A stretch of DNA of 61,440 bases, the filler included. It is 5 parts of 5 records of this genome, joined end to end, with 100 filler letters (N's around TTAATTAATTAA, not from the genome) between each part and the next. Parts side by side here need not be neighbours in the genome. Positions count along the whole stretch, not along the records: positions 54,886 to 61,440 come from DRR723986_33146; 4 more parts are not named here. One strand, written 5' to 3'. The stretch's first letter is position 1, and every line of letters begins with the position of its first letter. The notes beneath the pieces are model-generated. The model saw only the letters and a program-made list of their open reading frames with translations. It was not told where the DNA came from and ran no database searches. Shown piece by piece: positions 56,172 through 61,440 of this stretch. A program made the position numbers and the translations under genes.

Positions 56172-57509
56172 ATGAAACTTTCTACAAAAGATAAATATCA
56201 TTTACATGCTAGGACTGAATTTTTTGTTCATCACAATGCGATTGTGAAAACGGATGATTCAGAAAAGGCCATTGACCAAATTCTGAAGAAACAAAAATCT
56301 ACGCCTTTGGAATATAAACTTCCAAAATGGAATCCTGAGGCGAGAAAGAAAATGTCTCAGAAGCAGAAGATGGAACAAAACAAAAAATGGCGTCAACAAG
56401 TTGGTGAAATAAATGCCTTATGGGTGGAGAGAATGTGTGATGCCGACACAGGTTTTACCGAAAAAATGACCTTGTTTTGGCATGGGCACTTCGCTTGCAG
56501 AACGGCAGATAATCCTTATCTGACATTAGAGATGAATAATCTTTTGCGCGAAAATGCACTGGGCAATTTTAAAGACTTGCTATTTGCAGTTTCAAAGTCA
56601 GCATCCATGATAGCTTATTTGCATCTCAGACAAAATAAAAAAGGAAAACCAAATGAAGATTTTGCACGTGAATTATGTGAATTATTCACCCTTGGAAGAG
56701 ATGTTGATTATACAGAGAAAGACGTCACTGAAATTGCACGAGCTTTCACCGGCTGGTCAACAGATGAATATGGAAATCATATTGTGAAAGAGCGTCAGCA
56801 TGATGCTGGACAAAAAACAATCTTCGGAAAAACTGGAATTTTTTCTGGTGAAGATGTGCTCAACATGATTTTAGAAAATAAGAATTGCGCTAAGAGAATC
56901 GCTACACAGGTGTACAAGTTCTTTGTTCAGGAAACGGTGGATGAAAATCATATCAATGAATTGTCAACTGTTTTTTATGAAGCATCTTATGATATCAAAG
57001 CAATGATGAAGCACCTATTTTCTGCTGAATGGTTTTATCAAGCACAAGGAAAATTGATCAAAGGTCCGATAGAATATTTGGTGGTGATGGCTAAGATGTT
57101 TGATTTGAAATATCCTGATAAAAAAGCGGTTAGTGGAATCCAGCATTATTTAGGACAAGTTTTATTTGATCCGCCAAATGTGGCCGGATGGGCAGGAGGA
57201 AGACAATGGATTGATGCATCACGACTGGCCTTGCGTCTCAGATTAGGCTCATTGATTCTGAACAGAGGTTACGTGATGGATGAGTTGAGTCCAGAACTAG
57301 ATGAAATGCTCATGAAAAAAGTGAAAAAGAAAGATTTAAAGTTTTACGAAGAGGTCGATTGGGATGCATTTTGGGCTAAAAATAAAGACGCTGACATATT
57401 CGATTTATTCATTCGAAACGAAAATGATAAGTTGAAAGCGGATTTGAGTAATCCAGATGTTAAAACAGTAATTAGATTAGTCAGCACACCTGATTTTCAG
57501 TTGACTTAA
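56172..57509 (+). CDS. DUF1800-family protein
   Basis: EKMTLFWHGHFA, PNEDFARELCELFTLG, ARAFTGW, LFDPPNVAGW; ATG at 56172. Confidence 0.95.
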   Translation: MKLSTKDKYHLHARTEFFVHHNAIVKTDDSEKAIDQILKKQKSTPLEYKLPKWNPEARKKMSQKQKMEQNKKWRQQVGEINALWVERMCDADTGFTEKMTLFWHGHFACRTADNPYLTLEMNNLLRENALGNFKDLLFAVSKSASMIAYLHLRQNKKGKPNEDFARELCELFTLGRDVDYTEKDVTEIARAFTGWSTDEYGNHIVKERQHDAGQKTIFGKTGIFSGEDVLNMILENKNCAKRIATQVYKFFVQETVDENHINELSTVFYEASYDIKAMMKHLFSAEWFYQAQGKLIKGPIEYLVVMAKMFDLKYPDKKAVSGIQHYLGQVLFDPPNVAGWAGGRQWIDASRLALRLRLGSLILNRGYVMDELSPELDEMLMKKVKKKDLKFYEEVDWDAFWAKNKDADIFDLFIRNENDKLKADLSNPDVKTVIRLVSTPDFQLT

Positions 57510-57524
57510 TAGTAGGAACGAGCC

Positions 57525-57597
57525 GTCATACTGAGCTTGTCGAAGTAAAGGCGAAAGCAATAACAGATTGATTGGACTTCGACAGGCTCAGTCTGAC
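57525..57597. repeat. Inverted pair of REP-like units (REPIN-like)
   Basis: GTCATACTGAGCTTGTCGAAGT (57525-57546) and the reverse complement of 57576-57597 (GTCAGACTGAGCCTGTCGAAGT) match at 20/22; 29-bp spacer. Confidence 0.85.
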
Positions 57598-57646
57598 ATC
57601 AATCCAGAAACGAAAAGGCTCGGCTTGCCGAGACGGACGAAAAACA

Positions 57647-57681
57647 TAATTGATAATTGCACATTGAAAATTGATAATTGA
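57647..57681. repeat. Degenerate heptamer tandem repeat TAATTGA x5
   Basis: TAATTGA TAATTGC ACATTGA AAATTGA TAATTGA. Confidence 0.8.
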
Positions 57682-57695
57682 AATAAACGAAGTTT

Positions 57696-58874
57696 ATGCG
57701 CAGAAGAGATTTTATAAAGAAAACAGGAGTAATTACTGCCGGGAGTTTATTGATTCCTTCTTTTTTGAAGGCGAATATGTTTTCTGATAAGTTGCTGTTG
57801 AACAATAAAAGGCTGGTTGTTATTCAATTAAGTGGAGGGAATGATGGCTTAAACGCAGTGGTGCCTTATGGCTTAGATGAGTATTATCAAAACAGAACAG
57901 CAATTGGAATTGCAGAAAAGGAACTGCTTAAAATTGGAGACAAATTTGGATTTCATCCACAATTGAAAGGCTTACATGATTTACATGAGAAAGGTTTATT
58001 GTCGATCATTAATTCGGTAGGGTATCCGAACCCAAATCGCTCTCATTTCAGATCTATGGACATCTGGCATACCGCATCCGATTCAAATGAATACCTGCAA
58101 ACTGGTTGGTTGGGAAGATATCTCGATAATAATTGCGAACATGCTTATGAAGGAATTGAAATTGGCGGTAGTTTGTCTTTGGCCATGAGCGGTCATCATC
58201 ATTCAGGAATTGCATTGACCAATCCTCAAGCATTTTACGACACCATTCATTCAGATTTTTTTAATGAACTGGGTAATCCGATAACAGAAAATGGAGAATT
58301 GAATTACCTCTACAAGGTGTTTAACGACACAAAGAATTCGGCCGATTACATCTATGATCAGTACAAATTAAAAACCAATGAAACAGAATATCAAGGACGA
58401 TTTGCACAGCAACTAAAACAAATTGCAACACTGATAAAATCAGATATACAAACTCCTGTTTTTTATACCCAATTGGGTGGGTTTGATACGCACGTCAATC
58501 AAGCTCCAAATCAAAACAGGCTTTTTGAGCAACTGAATTCAGGAGTAACCACCTTTGTTGACGACTTAAAAAAAGACGATCTATTAAAAGATACAACGAT
58601 TGTCATCTTCTCTGAATTTGGTAGAAGGCTAAAAGAAAATGCAAGTCGCGGAACCGATCATGGTGCAGCCAATGTGATGTTTGTGATTGACACTGATTTA
58701 GATAAAAAAGCGCATGGCTACAACAACATTGATTTATCAGATTTAGAAAACGGAGATCCCAAATACAAGGTTGATTTTAGGTCCGTTTATCAAGAGGTTT
58801 TGTCAAATACCTTAGGGGTGAACGCTGAAAAAGTGTTGGGCAAGTGGTTTGATGAATTGGGATTGTGGGGGTAG
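57696..58874 (+). CDS. DUF1501-family protein with Tat signal
   Basis: MRRRDFIK, LVVIQLSGGNDGLN, NRSHFRS, GGFDTH, SEFGRR, GTDHG. Confidence 0.96.
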   Translation: MRRRDFIKKTGVITAGSLLIPSFLKANMFSDKLLLNNKRLVVIQLSGGNDGLNAVVPYGLDEYYQNRTAIGIAEKELLKIGDKFGFHPQLKGLHDLHEKGLLSIINSVGYPNPNRSHFRSMDIWHTASDSNEYLQTGWLGRYLDNNCEHAYEGIEIGGSLSLAMSGHHHSGIALTNPQAFYDTIHSDFFNELGNPITENGELNYLYKVFNDTKNSADYIYDQYKLKTNETEYQGRFAQQLKQIATLIKSDIQTPVFYTQLGGFDTHVNQAPNQNRLFEQLNSGVTTFVDDLKKDDLLKDTTIVIFSEFGRRLKENASRGTDHGAANVMFVIDTDLDKKAHGYNNIDLSDLENGDPKYKVDFRSVYQEVLSNTLGVNAEKVLGKWFDELGLWG

Positions 58875-58959
58875 GTTTCAATCGATTTTGTTATGATTTC
58901 TTTTTATTAATGTTTACAAAGTCATATCTTTAGCGTCAAGGTTTCCCAAACGCCTTTCT

Positions 58960-61440
58960 ATGCCTTTGAAAAAACATATATCTCTAATACTTTTTTCGTT
59001 TGGATTGACCACTGGTTCTTTTGGGCAGTTTTCGTCTCCAAAAAATATAAGTAATATTGATATGCCCAATACCAATTTGCATTCTTGCGTTACTTTTGAT
59101 TCTGATATTGACGGTGATTTAGATGTAGTTAGTTTGATTTTTACTACGGGTCCAAATTATCTTTTAGGATATTATGAGAATTTAGGCGGAGGGAGATATG
59201 CTTCTATTGATACAATGTCTACTTATGGAACTGGTCAACTTGATACAGCTGATATAGATAATGATGGTCTGATTGACCTGGTGATAACCAAATCTTACGA
59301 TTCGCTACTTTACTGGAAAAAGAACTTAGGTTCGAATAATTTTAGTAATGAACAAACTATCTCTGATACAGTTGTAAATTCCAATTTTATGATGTTTAAG
59401 GATGTGAATAATGATGGTTTACCTGAGGCCTTTTTTACTTCGGATGGTTTGGGGAATGAATTTATCGGAATGTGCTTTAACCTGGGGGGTGGAATTTTTG
59501 GGAATGCGATAGTGATATCAACGACTATTAGTCAAAATCCATATTCTGGTCTGGATATTAACGATATGGATAATGATGGAGATTTAGATTTACTCTATTC
59601 AATATATAATACGAATGAAATAAATTGGTTAGAAAATGATGGGTCTGGCAATTTCTCCACTTTGCATATTATTTCTTCTGTTACTAACTTTCCTTTTAGA
59701 GTTAAATCTAGTGATTTAGACAATGACGGGGATAATGATGTTATTATTACTTGGCAGAATTTTGGAGAATTTATTGGTTGGTTCCAAAATGATGGTTCGG
59801 GTAATTTTACTAATGTGAATCCTATCGACACAACAGGGGCAAGAATTGGTGATTTGATAGATTTAGATACTGATGGTGATATTGATATTGTCGCTTATGA
59901 TAATTTTGATAGTACCGTAGTCTGGTATGAGAATAATGGTACGGGGGGTTTTCTTGAGAAAAAACTAATTAGTAATTGGCAAGATGATCCTGTTAAAGTT
60001 TCTTGCACTGATATGAATTCAGATGGCAATCTAGAGGTTATTGTTGGGGCAAGCAGTGTAACTAAAATTGCCTGGTATGAAAACTTGGGTAATGGTTTTT
60101 TTGGTGATCAACATGTGATCTCAGGGCATTGCGGTGCAGTTAAAGTAATTACTATCGGTGATTTGAACGGTGATGGTGACAAAGATGTTGTTTCCGGAAG
60201 TTCTATGCCAGCCATCTCGATTTTTGAAAATTTTGGAAATGTCGAATTTGAGTTCCAAACAACTTTATCTTATGCGCCAATTAGAGCTGATGGATTGTTT
60301 AGCGTGGATATTGATGGTGACGGAGATTTAGATCTGCTTGCTTCAAAATGGCTAGCAGGGATTGTTGAGTGGTATGAAAATGATGGTTCTGGAAATTTTG
60401 TTAATAATACGATAATTACCCAGCAGGCAGGAAATCCAAGTATGGTTGGGGCAAGTGATTTAGATCAGGATGGAGATCAAGATGTTTTTTGGACACAATC
60501 TGGCTGGACTGCAACAAGATACGTTGTCTGGCACGAGAATTTAGGAAGTGGAATTTTTGGTCAGCAAGATACTTTGGCTATTTTTAGTGGTTCTTCCTTT
60601 ACTGTAGTTGCCGAGGATTTAGATATGGATGGGGATGACGATATTTTTTACTCAAATGGAAACGTTGGAATCTCAATTATTGAGAATTTAGGCTCAGGGA
60701 ATTTTGCCCCTGAAATAATAGCTATTTCAAGTTCCGTAGATCCTAAATCCTTTGATATTGAAGATCTTGATAATGATGGATTGAAAGATATTATAGTTGT
60801 TTCCACAGGTACATCTTCGATTGAATGGTATAAAAATTTGGGTGGTTTTACGTTCGGAGGTATTCAAAACATAAATAGTGCCCTTAATGAACCTTGGGGT
60901 GTTAAGTGCTCCGATTTTGATTCTGATGGAGATTTTGATATTGCAACGGTCTCTGATAATGATCTTACGGTAGCTTGGTTTGAAAATTTTGGTAATGGTT
61001 CTTTTGGCCCAAAACAAGTTATTCATAGTGGGTATGGATATCATTATATTGAAACTGCAGATATGGATAATGATTTTGATGAGGACATTCTAGCTGCAGG
61101 CTATTTTCCTGGAGTTGTGGTCTGGTTTGAAAATTTCAACTTTCATCCAGTTAAAATCTCAGGAAGGGTTTTTGTTGATGTTGATCAGAATGGAATAAAT
61201 GATTCGACCGACCTTGGTATGAATCAAGTAATTGTTGGCTCTAATCCATCAAGTGACTATTCATATTCTTTTGGAAATGGTGATTATTCTATGATTTTTA
61301 GTGATTCAACGGGTGTTTATCTAATATCACCTAATATTCCTCAATATTGGAATTTAACCACTGATTCTGTTTCATATACAATTTTAGTTGATTCGAATGG
61401 TACGGCCTTGGATAGTTTAGATTTTGGATTTTATCCAGAT
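58960..61440 (+). CDS. Secreted FG-GAP/VCBS-repeat protein with SdrD-B-like domain (3'-incomplete; not in ORF track)
   Basis: Open for 827 codons to the window end; signal peptide MPLKKHISLILFSFGLTTGSFG-Q; 14 DxDxDGDxD...WxENxGxGxF repeats; then ISGRVFVDVDQNG. Confidence 0.92.
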   Translation, partial: MPLKKHISLILFSFGLTTGSFGQFSSPKNISNIDMPNTNLHSCVTFDSDIDGDLDVVSLIFTTGPNYLLGYYENLGGGRYASIDTMSTYGTGQLDTADIDNDGLIDLVITKSYDSLLYWKKNLGSNNFSNEQTISDTVVNSNFMMFKDVNNDGLPEAFFTSDGLGNEFIGMCFNLGGGIFGNAIVISTTISQNPYSGLDINDMDNDGDLDLLYSIYNTNEINWLENDGSGNFSTLHIISSVTNFPFRVKSSDLDNDGDNDVIITWQNFGEFIGWFQNDGSGNFTNVNPIDTTGARIGDLIDLDTDGDIDIVAYDNFDSTVVWYENNGTGGFLEKKLISNWQDDPVKVSCTDMNSDGNLEVIVGASSVTKIAWYENLGNGFFGDQHVISGHCGAVKVITIGDLNGDGDKDVVSGSSMPAISIFENFGNVEFEFQTTLSYAPIRADGLFSVDIDGDGDLDLLASKWLAGIVEWYENDGSGNFVNNTIITQQAGNPSMVGASDLDQDGDQDVFWTQSGWTATRYVVWHENLGSGIFGQQDTLAIFSGSSFTVVAEDLDMDGDDDIFYSNGNVGISIIENLGSGNFAPEIIAISSSVDPKSFDIEDLDNDGLKDIIVVSTGTSSIEWYKNLGGFTFGGIQNINSALNEPWGVKCSDFDSDGDFDIATVSDNDLTVAWFENFGNGSFGPKQVIHSGYGYHYIETADMDNDFDEDILAAGYFPGVVVWFENFNFHPVKISGRVFVDVDQNGINDSTDLGMNQVIVGSNPSSDYSYSFGNGDYSMIFSDSTGVYLISPNIPQYWNLTTDSVSYTILVDSNGTALDSLDFGFYPD

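Noticed and set aside
57525-57681. CRISPR array
   Set aside because: The repeats are inverted or tandem heptamers with no repeat-spacer periodicity, and no cas genes are present.
59595-61044. Minus-strand ORFs 59595-59831 and 60727-61044
   Set aside because: Antisense shadows of the long FG-GAP repeat gene on the plus strand.

Overview
This window is not one locus. It is five unrelated contigs joined by identical 100-bp artificial spacers (N44-TTAATTAATTAA-N44 at 23032-23131, 29484-29583, 48713-48812, 54786-54885). Taxonomic labels below are inferred from protein style and base composition, not from searches. (1) 1-23031, Bacteroidota (Cyclobacteriaceae/Algoriphagus-like): an OmpR-type two-component system and a DM13 lipoprotein/beta-barrel/Crp/DM13 operon that share a direct-repeat promoter box; an Hc1 histone-like gene missed by the ORF track; a complete IS3-family element; an 11-gene cell-envelope cluster; PAP2; partial hemF. 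(2) 23132-29483, GC-rich, Rhodobacteraceae-like capsule locus: kpsM, a GT2-GT4 glycosyltransferase and two sulfotransferases. (3) 29584-48712, AT-rich Flavobacteriaceae housekeeping region (helicases, topB, M23 peptidase, metalloprotease, MscS, truA) with four broken genes and one degenerate cold-shock gene. (4) 48813-54785, Planctomycetota-like: PAS-LuxR regulator, lspA, DksA with a histone-H1-like tail, thrC, PEGA lipoprotein. (5) 54886-61440, Bacteroidota: split metH under a SAM-I riboswitch whose P4 carries a REP-like repeat, a DUF1800-DUF1501 pair, and a 14-repeat FG-GAP protein running off the window. Best candidates for something undescribed: the TCS/DM13 regulon, the REP-containing riboswitch and the outer-membrane cluster. 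No tRNA, rRNA or CRISPR array was seen.
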